Shown in pieces: positions 30,146 through 45,649 of a stretch of DNA of 64,000 nt. A model generated the notes under the pieces. It ran no database searches. It saw nothing but the letters and a program-made list of their open reading frames with translations, and had not been told where the DNA came from. Location: assembly GCA_964016885.1 (NCBI GenBank), contig OZ024751.1, positions 34,286,001 to 34,350,000 of the forward strand, read 5' to 3'. The DNA is from Eledone cirrhosa. Its lineage: Eukaryota. The first letter of the stretch is position 1; the number at the start of each line of letters is the position of its first letter. A program made the translations under genes and the position numbers.

Positions 30146-31531
30146 TAGTGTCGCATATTGTGGAGTTGGTGTTTGTTGTGGTATTAGTATAATAATGGTA
30201 GAAGTGACAATAGAAATATTTCAGAGTTTAGAAATAAAAATGGAGAAACAAAACCTGACTTCGTAACAAATGGTAACAGAGTAAAAGACACCCACTGCCT
30301 AGAGTATGTTTTGTAATAACTTGCTTGTGATATATATGGCACTACATATATATATATATTACAATAATGAAATCAAGTAAACCTTAATCCAAGGCTGTTC
30401 CGTTTATTGAATATTTCGATCATTCTTCATCAAAAACCGACAGTAATCCATTTATGTTTTACTGCTGCTTATTTCATCATTCAATCAGCCTCCTTCGATA
30501 TGGAAATTAATAAGAATTTCAAGAAAGCAGATTTGTTATACAAATTGACACTTTCCTCCAAGGATTCACATATGTATTCCAAGCACGTTATACTGCCAGT
30601 ATTCAAAGGGTTAAAGCGATTGGAATGCAGGCATTCGTATAAATGTAACTTCTTGTTTGTAGCAGCTTCGATGATTAGTGTGCCAAACAGAATCAATGCT
30701 GCCGGGTTAATTCTAAGAAAGAATATTTTATTATTGTTCATGTTGTTGTCGTCGTTGTTCTTGTTGTAGTAGGTGGTGTTGATCATGTTTCTTCGCTGTT
30801 CTAACTTGTTGTTGCTGTTGTTTTGGTTGATGCTCTTGTTGTTGTGTTTAATAATTGCTCGTTGTTTCGGTCAGTTTAATTAAAATCTTTAGCGTGTCTT
30901 GGATAATGGAGTTTCTAGAGATAATGAAGGTTGTAGTTCCGTGTAAGATGTAGTGCTGTGTGTGTGTGTTTCTACTTACTTATAACAGTCTGTGTACTTC
31001 ATATATTTGTTTGACTGTATGTGTGTGTGTATGTGTATATATACATATGTATATATACATTATATATATATATACACACACGCTTTCATTACTTGTAAGC
31101 CCAGGATTACATATGGTACATAATATCTCCAATCAGTACTGAATTGAATAATGACACACAAGCTCACATCCCTATATTAAATACACATATATCTTCACAC
31201 ACACACACACACACACTCACACACACAGAGTCACGTGTCTTCCTATAGTCACTGTTGCTATAGCTCAGATTAATTTTTAATTATTTATGGTGAATTATCT
31301 GTGGAAAATACCTTGTCTCTAGATGAGTGAATATATATAATGTGAATAACATGCATATGTTATATATATATATACACTGGTTTCTGTCATTACACTCGAT
31401 TGCAGGTATGCTCAGGCACCAACTTAAAATGTAAAGATACTGCTCTTAAATAAATTCAAATGTGTATAAAATGTGTTAGATGAGGTTCTAATATAGTTAT
31501 CAGTTGTTTTAGTAGTAGTAGTAGTAGTAGT

Positions 31532-31712
31532 AGTATCGCGTTAGTGGGTTGGACGCCATGCTTTGCAGCATGGAGTTACGAGCCTTTACGATCTGAGTTC
31601 AAATCCCGCCGAGGTTAGCTTTGCCTTTCATCCTTGCGAGGTCGATAGAATAAAGTACCAGTAATACACTGGGATAATTGCTGGCCTTGTACCAAAAGTA
31701 GAAACAATTATT
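31532..31712 (+). mobile_element. tRNA-derived SINE, family A, copy 2
   Basis: B box GAGTTCAAATCCC, central GCCTTTCATCCTTGCGAGGTCGATAGAATAAAGTACCAG, 3' AAAGTAGAAACAATTATT. Confidence 0.9.
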
Positions 31713-31754
31713 TCTGATACAATATCCATTATGTGAGCATTGGTGTGGATCATT

Positions 31755-31891
31755 ATAGTTAGAGTTAAGATTAATAATAGTTGTTTCTACTATAGTTAGA
31801 GTTAAGATTAATAATAGTTGTTTCTACTATAGTTAGAGTTAAGATTAATAATAGTTGTTTCTACTATAGTTAGAGTTAAGATTAATAATAG
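31755..31891. repeat. 37-bp tandem repeat, about 3.7 copies
   Basis: TATAGTTAGAGTTAAGATTAATAATAGTTGTTTCTAC repeated exactly. Confidence 0.95.
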
Positions 31892-32041
31892 TGTTGTTAG
31901 ATATGTTATATTATCTGGCTTAGACATAGTTATTCCGATTAATAATCAATTTATTATTGATTATTACACATTAACGATAAACGTGTCGATGTGTTTATTA
32001 ATTTTTCTTTTATTACTATTAAAGGATAAGCAGACACTAGA

Positions 32042-32220
32042 TTGGCCGGATCGATAGAGCGTCGAACAACAAGCTTTGTGGCATGTAGTTTCGCTGAGAT
32101 TTACTTTACCTTTCTATGAGGTCGATAAAATATAGAGCCAGTAATGCACTGGGGTCGAATCAACTTTAACCTTTCTCTTCAATTTACAGGCCTTGTGCCA
32201 AAAGTAGAAACAATTATAAT
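32042..32220 (+). mobile_element. tRNA-derived SINE, family A, copy 3 (B-box region deleted)
   Basis: TGGCCGGATCGATAGAGCGTCG head, GAGGTCGATAAAATA core, GTGCCAAAAGTAGAAACAATTAT tail. Confidence 0.8.
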
Positions 32221-32639
32221 TATAGGTTGTTTAATAATTGTATTATCGGTGTAATGGAGGGTGAGAGGTGTTATGTATAGGTTTGTATATTTATTAAAGA
32301 CTTTACTCTTTAAAATATGGGATTCAGAGATAGTTGCAATACATTTGGAAATATGAAGATTATCAGAGCTTTTAGGTTAAGGCTTATATCTCTGAAGAGA
32401 TTTACTCTACGAAAATGGATCTGATTATCATATCAAAGTAATTATATTGATAAATATTATAGCAACGAGAGATAATTGTTATTTTATTAATGTGAAATTA
32501 CATATTATTACTATAATTTCCATTTAACTTCTTGTTATTGCTGTTACCAATATCATTATTAATAAAATTAGTAGCAAATTTAGATTTATCTATACTTTTG
32601 GAGGTAACGATATTCTTAAAGCCATAACATATATTATTA

Positions 32640-33020
32640 CATTTTGTAAGATTAAATTGAATATTTTCTCTATAACCGAATCTAACCAGTGCTTCACTGA
32701 GAATTTTAGTCAAAACTGTTCTCATTTGTAGATAATTTAAGCTTCAGGACATATTACCAACAATTGATGTTACTATAGATGTAAAGTTGTTAGAAAGTTT
32801 CTGTAGATAACAAACTGTTTCAACTTGTTTATGGTAAGCTCTAAAAAGACCAGTACCTGATTGAAGGGTGACATCTAGGACATTAGTGTTTATATCAAGA
32901 ATATAGTTAAGTTTCAGTTTCTAAAGAATTGGTGCCCATGTTATTTTTAGTATTCTATTAGTGAAATGAAGTGTAAATAGAGCCTCATTTATATGTAAGC
33001 CCCTTTGTAAAAGGTGACAT
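32640..33020 (-). mobile_element. Decayed Penelope-like element, RT/thumb fragment
   Basis: Broken translation NVLDVTLQSGTGLFRAYHKQ...YLQKLSN...KLSTNENSF...SEALVRFGYRENIQF fits the PLE pattern FLDVTL..TG.Y.PY.KP...Y....SNHP...LS.NE..F...AL...GY; stops and frameshifts present. Confidence 0.7.
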
Positions 33021-33237
33021 CAAAGGAAGGAACTAACTAAAGCCTATTATACAATTAATCAAAATTAATTAGTTAAAACAATCACCGTCACGCTTCATAT
33101 GTTTTATTTTTATGTGACATTTGACACAATATAAATCTCTTGAAACATTTTATAGTTCTAATATAGATTTTAAAACATTTCAATGCGTATTTCTGTGTTT
33201 GGGCATATAATTATATACAGGTGTCTATATCTACATA

Positions 33238-33329
<92 letters not shown>

Positions 33330-33901
33330 TGTGAATCTATATTTAGGAGTGTGTATATATCGTACACATGAAATTGTGTGTATATATATATATATATATA
33401 TACATACACATAGATACTCCTTCCGACATTTGAAAAGAAAGGGTACAACATGCCTCTCCAGCCATGTTTGAGGTCTACAAGTAAAAAGGGACACCCATCT
33501 AACTGCGTTGGACCCTCATCACCAACGCACTACCATACACATTGTAACTTGTGCTAGGTTGAAGGACCCACTGATTAACAGAAATCACCTCAAATTAACA
33601 CATCACCTACCGCCGGAGCTTCGAACTGCCCGACACTTCAAGTGGTGTCTCGTACCTGGTCTAAGCCTAACTCTACACCCCCTATCCCAGCACTCTCTTA
33701 CTACCACCAGTAATCCCCACCCCCTCTTATGTCCATCAACACTTCACCAATTTACAATCTATCACTTATTATCAACCACCTCGTAGATTTCTTTATTTTC
33801 TCATTTCTAAATGTGTCTGTGTGGAGACGAACTTACCACTTTCCACCTTTTTACTATATGTATGCGTGTAGTACGTATGTATATAATCGTATAAATATCT
33901 A

Positions 33902-33932
<31 letters not shown>

Positions 33933-34831
33933 GGATGTGTATACACATTTTGTATATATAGGTATCTGATATGAATGTGTATAGTTTACGTGATATTGTG
34001 TGTAACATGTATGTATACACACATACGTACAATCACACACACACATGTATAATATGTACGTATTGAAAAGTATATATATATATAATCTCATACACACACA
34101 CATACAAATATATATATAAATATCTTTATAGATATATACGTACACACACAGACACACCACATCTAACAACGCTAATAATATTAACACCAACAACATCCCC
34201 AACAAAAACACCATTAACACCAGCATTACCACCATCACCCACAACAATACCAACACCACTTTCCCTTACTACAACACCACTAAGAATAACATTAGCTTGT
34301 ACAAATTTATGTGAATAGAATTAAAATGAAGATTTGTGTCTGTGTTTGAGGAATCGTTGGAGTGAATTTAATTTCTTCAGACAATTCCTTTTCTCTGATT
34401 GTTCCTAACACACAACTAATTAAACAACCAAAACACATTCGTTTAACAATGTTACAAGTACAGAGAAGTGTCTTGGTCGTCTATAAGACAGAAACATATC
34501 TGACTAGTTTCTATAATTCTAAACAGTTCTTCTACAACATCCGTTGTACATCCATTTCGTGATTCTACCATCATCACTATTACAAGTATAGTTTTGGCTA
34601 ATGAAATCATAGGGCCGAAACATGACTGGAACTGTCGTCTATGATTCTAAATAATTATCTCTGTTGGCACCAACCAATATACCATAAGGTATATCCACGT
34701 TGTGATTTTCGCATCACTACCCGCTACAAGTGCAGTGGCACTTACTAAGCTAATAAGGTGATAATAATACCGAAACATGTTAAGAGTAGACGTTTATACT
34801 CCCAAATATTTCTTTCCTACTTTATAGTATA

Positions 34832-35672
34832 CTAGCAGTAAAGCCCGGCGTTGCTCGGGGTCGCTCAGTAGCTGTGTTAAAGTTACAATGTTAAGTTTCT
34901 TTCTTGGCTTAAAAACTGTAGTGTCTACTGTGCAGACTTGCATGTGGTGTTTTTGATTAATATTCCCTCAACCAACAATATGCCTTATGAAGTTAAGAAA
35001 ACATAACGATAACCCGAATGTTATAACAAAAGAGGATGCTGGGGATAGAAACTGCACTGGTTATTTATTAACAAAGATCGAAAATGTAAACACTGCAACG
35101 CAGAGAAAAACATTAGCGTAACCAAATTATCAGTTATGTCTGTCTGCACGCCTATATCACCTCTCTGCACGACTGTCTGTCTGCACGCGTATATCACCTC
35201 TCTGCACGACTGTCTGTCTGCACGACTGTCTGTCTGCACGCCTAACGACGAAATATTTGCTTGTTTTACGTAGTCTTTAAATAGACTTGTTTTCAAGTAA
35301 AAATATTGTTTTAAAATGCTTTTAAATGGAAATGAAGCAAAACGGAAGCTTAGTGTTCGAACTGATGAATTTTGCAGGTCAATATTTTGCTGGCTCGACA
35401 ACTGTTAAAGCCAGCGTTAATTTTTTACGTAAGACGCTCAATGTAAACAGAACAAAGGGAAATAACTGATAACTTACGCTCAAAAATCGATACATTATAT
35501 TCGATTTCGTCACATAGGGCGGGTCAATTTAAAATTTTTTTTTTCCGATGTCTTCGCTAGGGCTCAATGTACAAGTATAGCAATTTCGGTGCAATTCCGT
35601 GAGAGATTCTAAGAGGAGATGTGTGCCAAAAATCGATAGACAGACAGACAACCACAGTTTTATATATATAGA
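34832..35672 (-). mobile_element. Non-autonomous Helitron, 841 bp
   Basis: Minus strand starts TCTATATATATAAAAC and ends with hairpin CCCGAGCAACGCCGGG then CTAG; inserted between A and T with no TSD; internal TGTCTGTCTGCACG repeats. Confidence 0.88.
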
Positions 35673-35837
35673 TTTCTACATTGTGATAATAACCACCGAA
35701 TGTTCTGCTGAAGTTTCTGCTTCATAAACGGTTCTCTCATCACTCCTTAGTGCCATTGAAGTTTCCTTAAATTGTTCCTAATACGACTGAAACTGTCGGG
35801 AGTTGCTTTCTATAATATTAGTAACCGATTACTGATT

Positions 35838-36023
35838 CTCTTTAGCAATCATCTGATATTTTTCTCTAGCAATCATCTGATATTTTTCTCTAGCAATCAT
35901 CGGATATCTTTTCTCTAGCAATCATCGGATATCTTTTCTCTAGCAATCATCTGATATCTTTTCTCTAGCAATCATCTGATATCTTTCTCTAGCAATCCTC
36001 TGATATCTTTCTCTAGCAATCCT
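35838..36023. repeat. 24-25-bp minisatellite (TAGCAATCATCTGATATCTTTTCTC), about 7 copies
   Basis: Read directly. Confidence 0.93.
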
Positions 36024-36328
36024 TGAACTGAGCTCGAAATCTAAATTTACCATCCCATATGTCTGTAATATATTTACCAAGTGAAAGATAGAAAGTAGCA
36101 GTTTGATATCATAGACATACACATACAGACACGCACACAGACACACACACAGACGCGCACACACACATACAGACACAGACACACACATACAGACACGCAC
36201 ACATATACAGACACGCACAGACATACAGGCACGCACACATACACACACACATACAGACACGCACGCACACACATGCAGACACGCACACACACACACACAT
36301 ACAGACACACACACACATACATACACAT

Positions 36329-36381
<53 letters not shown>

Positions 36382-36454
36382 CGTCGGTGTATATATATGT
36401 ATATGATCAGGATTAAACCAGTGTTAAACAAGTCCATTATTCAACACATATATA

Positions 36455-36742
36455 TGTGTGTGTTTACATCCACATATATAGATGTGTGTGTGTGTGTGTG
36501 TGTGTGTTTACACACATCCACATATATAGATGTGCGTGTGTGTTTACATACATCCTCATATATAGATGTGTGTGTGTGTTTACACACATCCACATATATA
36601 GACGTGTGTGTGTGTGTGTGTGTTTACACACATCCACATATATAGATGTGTGTGTGTGTGTGTGTTTACATACATACACATATATAGATGTGTGTATGTG
36701 TGTGTGTTTACATACATACACATATATAGATGTGTGTGTGTT
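36455..36742. repeat. Compound minisatellite TTTACACACATCCACATATATAGAT+(GT)n
   Basis: About seven units with variable GT tracts. Confidence 0.85.
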
Positions 36743-37324
36743 CGTCAAGAACTAATTCTACAAGAGATTTTGCAGTGGTTATCTCCAATACTTATTCCAA
36801 CCAATCACCATTTTATGCCATTATCACTGAGAAAAATAATCCTACATTATTTATAATTCACAAAACATATGTAGAATTTGAGAGGAGACAGTGTTTATAT
36901 ATTATTCATACATTGTGTCTGGTTGTGGGCGATGATGATTATAGGATCGCATGGAAATACTAATTTCTTTTTTACTATCTGATTCCTGTGGTAATGAGCA
37001 AAGTAGCCAATTATTGCAAAATAAAACACTCAATACAAAATGAATGATTTAAAGACAAACAGAAATTTCAATACTATATAACAAACAAAAACAAGAACAA
37101 CAACAACAGCAATAACAGTAGCATCAACAAAAATGACAACAGCAAGAGCAAAAATATTAACAAAAACAACAACAGCTACTACAGCAATAATAACGAGAAT
37201 AAGAGAACGAGAAAATAAGAAGAGGAAAATATATGTAAATATGTAATATAAACAAAAAGAAAAAAATATGTTCCGAGTAACTACAAACATTGCTTGCATT
37301 GAAGCATAATTATTGAAACGATCA

Positions 37325-37398
<74 letters not shown>

Positions 37399-37516
37399 TT
37401 ATGTACATATATATATATATATACGCACGCACATTTACATTTATTTATTTATAAATGTATATGAATATATGTGGATATATATACATATATATATATATAC
37501 ACACACACTTGTAATT

Positions 37517-37610
<94 letters not shown>

Positions 37611-38346
37611 TTTCATGAATCGTTAGCATTTTCAAGATAACTCCTTAGGGATTTTAACAAATAATTCCAATAAAATGAAATGGAAACAAAATTAAATCAG
37701 TTTTACTAAAATAGGGACCATAAAATATAGAAAACAACAGACTAATATACTAATACTACAATACACAACAATTACACACTGATCAACAATATATACGTGT
37801 GCGTGTATGTATATATATACACATACCCACAATACATACATATATATAATATATGTGTATATAATATATATATATATATTTACACATACAAACATACACA
37901 TATATCTAATATATCTACACACACACAGACATATATATACACGTGTATATAATTATATACATGTATATATAGAATCAAACGCACTAATATACCATACGTA
38001 TGTATGTAAACGTATATATACCTACATATAAATGTGTGTATGTATATATATGTATATATATATATATATAACCTATAGCAAATATTTAAAAAGACAGCCC
38101 CATCAACACATATACAACATAATCATACGTATTAGTAAGGTGGGTTGTATTTGTGCAAAACAAATTGCATGTAATTAAAGTATTTTGATTTCTCACAGAA
38201 TCTAATCCAATTTTGCGGATAGTCTTCATTGTTTATCTCGTTCATTCGGTTCTGAACTGAAATAACCCTCGGGTTACTTGTTACGTTCAATAATTTCGCT
38301 ACTTACTTTCTCTCTCCCTCTCCTCTATAACTGATAGAGATGTGTT

Positions 38347-38467
<121 letters not shown>

Positions 38468-38505
38468 GTGTGTGTGTGTGCGTGTGTGTGTGTGTGTGTG
38501 TGTTC

Positions 38506-38576
<71 letters not shown>

Positions 38577-39203
38577 AAATTGTATAGCACATGGTGTATA
38601 ATATACAAACTCTATGTGGTTATAGTGTGAGAGTTAGGAAGAAGATATACATGACACCCTATATAGAGATTGTTCGGCTTTAGTGTGTCCGACATCTTTA
38701 ACATCATAGCCTGTACATGGACTAAAGCTTTATTGGGTCTGACTGATTTCAAACCAAAATAAAATATAAAACATGTCTTTCTATATAAAGAAAGATACTT
38801 TACTGTGGTCGACTGCTTTAATCGAACTCTCTATCATTTCCTACACCGTACAACAACGGGGATATAAATAGTGAGATATTTTATAGAAACTGCTTTAAAA
38901 TCGAATCCCACGTCTTTGTCTTGCAGTCCATTTGATTGAGTTTAGCTTTGATAATTCTCACGAGTTAATAAGACTAATCAAGCATTGATTGATTCACTCA
39001 ACTAATTAGAGAATTGCCATCGTTTGACATATCATATGTGCGTGTGGTAAATAATTATTGATTTATATTGATCGATTCATCGGCTGACTTGATACATGAA
39101 ATGCACTCCCACACACACAAACACGAATAAACAATATCGAATTTATTTTCTCGCTCTCCATCTCTCACCCCCCCCCCCCATCTCTCTTTCTCTCGCTCGC
39201 TCG

Positions 39204-39234
<31 letters not shown>

Positions 39235-39295
39235 ATTATCCTGTGTGGGTGTACATATATGTATATTTATATGTATAATTACACACTCATAAATA

Positions 39296-39326
<31 letters not shown>

Positions 39327-39817
39327 GAAAAAGTGAGTCCTTCATCAGTGACCCTCCAACCGTCCTCGGCATTTCATCGCTTTAAGGGCCATATGCCTCA
39401 GGTTGGTGCGAACAACGGCTAAAAAAAGTCGTTGGGACACGTAAATAAAGGGGGACGCTAGAGTAACAACAAAAAGGGTTTAAGCAACGGAAAGTGAGTA
39501 GAAATAGACAAGTCCCAGATCTCTATGAATATAAACTCTGTGAAATCGTGAACAAGAGACGAAAGACCATCGAACCTGGTAGAAATGTGAGCAAGGAAAG
39601 AATTTCGCCCAAGTTTGACGGGGGGGAAAAAGAGAGAGAGAGAGAAAGAGAAAGGAGAGAAGAGGAAGAAGAAGAAGAAGAAGAAGAAGAAGAAGAAGAA
39701 GAAGAAGAAGAAGAAGAAGAAGAAGAAGAAGAAGAAGAAGAAGAAGAAGAAGAAGAAGAAGATAAGGTGGTCTGGTCTATGAATTCGGTAAACGCAAGTT
39801 TTGTGAAGTCACAGACG

Positions 39818-39822
<5 letters not shown>
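39327..39822 (-). mobile_element. Diverged homolog of the 6.0-6.6 kb element, embedded in (TA)n, with an internal (GAA)n tract
   Basis: GAGTCCTTCATCAGTGA...ATTTCATCGC...CATATGCCTCAGGTTGGTGC aligns with 6069-6145. Confidence 0.65.
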
Positions 39823-39852
<30 letters not shown>

Positions 39853-40390
39853 GGCTTCAGAAGGGAGGGTATATATTAGGAGAGAATAGCATATTTATTT
39901 AAAATGGAAATGAGTTCTACAGGAATAGAACCGCTTTATTTGTGTGGTTGTATGTGTGTGTGTCTGTACACATCATACTTACATAGATGTGTGTCGAACA
40001 CATACATACATAGAAACCTGTATATTTACATACATTAACACGAATATAAAATATAACTAGCGAGATATCGTTTCAGAGCACAGATTAAAACGATTCTCTA
40101 TTGTAGAAGTCAAGCGCCGACTGAATGTTAATTTAATGAGAAAATTCCTCTAAAAGAAGGATACCTACAGACCATTCCTGAGGTATTTGTTGATCCACAA
40201 AACCCCAAATGTCCAGACCTTAACGTTTTTAAGTCGTAAGCTGTGAATGGCCACAATATCTGGGACATTTAAACCATTCTTACGATTCAAAAGACGAATA
40301 ATTTAATTGCTTCACAACTTCGCCACCGAAAAGGTGACCGGTTAAAAACCAACTATATTAAGTCAAAACATATGTATATATACATACATA

Positions 40391-40505
<115 letters not shown>

Positions 40506-40932
40506 TGTGTGTGGTTTTGTAAATTACCATAGATGTTATTCTTTATCTCCCGGTGGAAATACAGAATAAGATGTAAACTATATGTAAACCCAAGAATAAA
40601 TCCTCCATACATTAACACACAAAACAAACCTGTGAAGGTTTTGTAAATATTAGTTGGCGACCAAGGAATAGTTTGTCAGTGAAATCCTATCATAGTGTTT
40701 ATATTGTTGTTATAGCTAGCATTGTGTTCAGTTGACTTTCTCAAACTTGCTGATATTTTAATATTTTACTCTTTCGACACCTAAACAAGTATAAAAAAGA
40801 ATGAATAGATATATGGGAATACACTGGGGAAAATATAATGTAGGAGAAATAATACACACACATACAAATATATACATATATAAATGTATACATATACGTA
40901 TATATATGTACATATAAATAAGTGTATATAAG

Positions 40933-40970
<38 letters not shown>

Positions 40971-41016
40971 TAGAAATATATAAAATCCCGACGGCGGTGC
41001 CAACTCTCTGTCTCTC

Positions 41017-41122
<106 letters not shown>

Positions 41123-41356
41123 TATGCACGTGTGTGTGTGTGTGTATTCCTCTCCGGTAAATAGTTGATTTAATCTGGGAAAAATCTATTTATCCCAGAT
41201 TGCTGGGTGTGTTGTATAGTTTGTTATATTTATTATATAGAGTTTTTGTATGCATTTCATAACATCACTGTGAATTAAATTATACATATATAATGTATGC
41301 ATGTGCATGTTCAATCATATATATATATATACACATGTGTATATATAAATATATAT

Positions 41357-41441
<85 letters not shown>

Positions 41442-41877
41442 TATACATACACGCACACACACACATACACACATATATATATATATATACGTATATATGT
41501 ACACATATATATACACATATATCTATATGCGTATACACACACACACACATACACACACATAGATACACACACATATATATATATTTAGTAAATGGTGGCA
41601 TTCTGTACAGCATTGTGCGTCCAGAATACTATATATTTTTTTCCTTAGAAGTCTGTTACGTGTACAGAAGATTTAATAAGATCTAAAAAATAATATAAAT
41701 AATATAAATATGGAAACAATTGTACAAGTTTTCCCGCCTTTCATTTATCAGTTTTTATTTTATATTTACAGTCTGTTGTGTCAAAAGAAATTATTGCCTA
41801 TGTAGATTTCTGCATCTGCAAAAGTTACAATAACAATAGAACTCTTTATAAATTGTGTATATAACACATTTAAGGAT

Positions 41878-41911
<34 letters not shown>

Positions 41912-42061
41912 TGCTTTTATATATACATATACAGACACATATATATATGTGTGTGTGTGTGAGTATACAAATATATATATATTTATATATATATATATGT
42001 ATGTGTGTGTGGGTGCATATATATGCACACTTATATATTAGTGTTTATATATATATATACG

Positions 42062-42112
<51 letters not shown>

Positions 42113-42196
42113 TCTCTATTTGTATCTGTGCAAGCACAATGGTTATATGCTTGACCGTGAGTGTGTGTATGGGTGTGTTTGTAAATTTCTATGCAA

Positions 42197-42230
<34 letters not shown>

Positions 42231-42395
42231 CAATGCAAAACGAAATTGTGTGGTTATTTTATATTTAGCTGAGTTATTTAATATGGCGTGTGGAGATCGA
42301 ATCAATAAACACATTTACAGACAATCATAAACAAAAACCACCTATATTCACCTACACACACACACACACAACATTTGTGTATATATGTAGAATAT

Positions 42396-42428
<33 letters not shown>

Positions 42429-42880
42429 GTGCGTGTTCATGTCTCTTTGTATGTATGTATACACACACACACACATACACATACATACACATATATACAT
42501 ATATACATATATACATATACGAGACACTGCGTCACTGCTCGACTATATATTTCTAAACCAGAACCACTGAGAGTTATTTTGTATTTATTCCGAGCAGAAT
42601 CTGAATTAGTTTCGTTCTTAAGGTAATAACTTCGTTTTACTCAACAGACATTCTCCCCCCCCCCCTCTCTCTCTCTTTCCTCCTCCCCCTCTCTCTTCCC
42701 CCTCTCTCTCTCTCCCCCTCTCTCTCCCCCCCCCCTCTCTCTCTCTATATATATATATATGTTTACTTTTTTAAGCAATATCTACCTCTGTTTACTCAGA
42801 TACACATACAATTATACAAACACATGCACACACACATACCAATATTATTTTATATATATATCTATATATCTATATATCTA

Positions 42881-42954
<74 letters not shown>

Positions 42955-43735
42955 TGTGTGTGGAATTACTCTACCTATTCTAAGCGTCTACTTTTTAGAA
43001 AATGTAAATCTCGCAAGATATCGCCGTATCACGTTACTATGTTTTATTATTTCATAACATCAAAATTCTGCTACAAAATTGGATTCTCTCGTTATCTGGA
43101 ATTCTGTAGTTTGCTGTACTTTTGTCATTCTACAATTCTATGTTTTCCTGCAAATTTCATAATTTTATTACTTTATAATTGTGTAAGTTGCTGAATAATA
43201 TTCTGTATTGAAATTTATATTTTGCAATATGCATGTGATAATATTAATTTTGTTTATATTTCCATAATATAATTTTCTTATTTACATTCTGAATTTTCTA
43301 ACTTCCCCTCCACAATATCTAAACACTTTTGCTTGCCTAACTTTGGGCATTGGAGAACATTTACATTTTTATTATATTGTTCTGTATGTTAGCGTGCGCC
43401 CATGCTGGGGTACATCTTTGTTAGTTTTTTATACGAACACCAGAACTTATTCTTTTTTGGTCCATATTCTATAAATCCGTTAGAGACAAATAACCTGATA
43501 CTGGAGGTAAATCCAGGCATATATACGGACTGACACGAGTGAATGAGTGCAGGTAGGGCTTTCTCCACAGGTTCCATCGAAACACTGTTGGACCGCTTCT
43601 CGCTTACCTGTAGAGGCCTGAGGTGGTAAATCAACCAAGACCAAAAAAACCCTGAGATGTGAAATATGTTGGGCAAGGAAGGACGGTGTTATCGTGCAGG
43701 GATACTGACAACACCCTTATACTGCTCGGAGTCAC

Positions 43736-43778
<43 letters not shown>

Positions 43779-43890
43779 TGTGTGTATGTATACATAGACA
43801 TATATGTGTTCGTGTTATATATATAAATATATATATCCATATATACATATAACACGAACACATATATATGTCTATATACAGACATGCACG

Positions 43891-43963
<73 letters not shown>

Positions 43964-44326
43964 CTGTGTGTGTGTGTGTGTGTGTTTGTGTATTATGTCT
44001 ATTATTTACAGTTACTCTCACCTTTTCCTGCTCATTTACCTTTGGTCTGCCATCATTTTCCTGTTTTCCTAGAAAAACCCATTTCTCTCTCTCTATTGCT
44101 CTGAGATCAAAGTTTCGTCTCCAGCACCGAGCCACATATTCATTCATTTTGAAATATATGCAAATTTACTTATTATTTTAATGTTTTCATCTCGATAGCT
44201 GTTCCTTGATTTTCATTGATTTACATTGTATACACAAACATACAGACACGCACATGCATATATATATATATATATATGAATATATATATATATATATGTA
44301 TGTATGTATGTCTATGTATGTGTATG

Positions 44327-44374
<48 letters not shown>

Positions 44375-44710
44375 TATATATATATATGTATGTATGTATG
44401 TGTATGTATGTATATGTATGTGTATGTATGTATATATATGTGTATGTATATATATATATATATATATGTATGTGTATATATATGTATGTGTATGTATGTA
44501 TATATGTGTATGTACATATACACAAGTACAGACACATTTATATATACATACATATATATATATACACGAAAATTAACATATACTATGTAATTATCTTTTT
44601 TCATGTCAATATTGATATACATGTCTTGAAACTCACCTAAATAAATAAATGTATAAGTTCACCTTTATTTGGTAGTTTATTTTCTACCTATCTGTCCAGT
44701 CTTCCCTCGG

Positions 44711-44826
<116 letters not shown>

Positions 44827-45028
44827 GTATATGTAAATATGTTAGCAGGAGTCATTTCCTATAGAAGCAATCACGCATATCATATATAAAATCGTCCCGT
44901 TTTCCTTCCTTGCTGCTGGCTACGTTTTGCCGAATATTTGCCTTTTACCGTCTTCCGTGTTTATGGGAGAAAGTCTATGTATATATAATATATGTATTTG
45001 TCTATGTATATATATATGTATATATATA

Positions 45029-45066
<38 letters not shown>

Positions 45067-45223
45067 GTTATGTATATATATAATCTTTTAAGCTTTTTAA
45101 TGCTTTTTAGTGCGTGTGTCTGGAACAGTGTAACGGCTTGTTACCACTTTTGTAGTCTTTTAATCTAGTTCAAAGTCGCAAACAACTACGTCAACTGTAT
45201 TATCATAAACATTACTACTACTG

Positions 45224-45271
<48 letters not shown>

Positions 45272-45649
45272 GCAATGCGAACAGTGATCATGGCAACAAC
45301 AAACAACAATAAAACAACTACTACAACAACATTGTCAACAACATTACCATAAAACATTAATGATAATACTAGTAATATTAATAATATAAATAAAACTTAC
45401 AAAGTACAATAATAATGATAATAACAATAACAACAAGAACGATAACTATAAAAATTGTTTAGATTCATACAAAGATCAAAGACTCCCATCGATTTTGATA
45501 TAACACATTATTAAATATTTGATTTTTTTTCTATAACACAGACAAAACCTTGGCCAACTGATAACTTTAAACTGAGTTTGGACAGGAAGAAATTAAACAT
45601 AACTAACTATGGATAAAGTGAAAAAATATATTTACTGATTCTTGTAATA

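Noticed and set aside
39494-39889. Poly-Glu ORF
   Set aside because: (GAA)n tract inside a repeat element.
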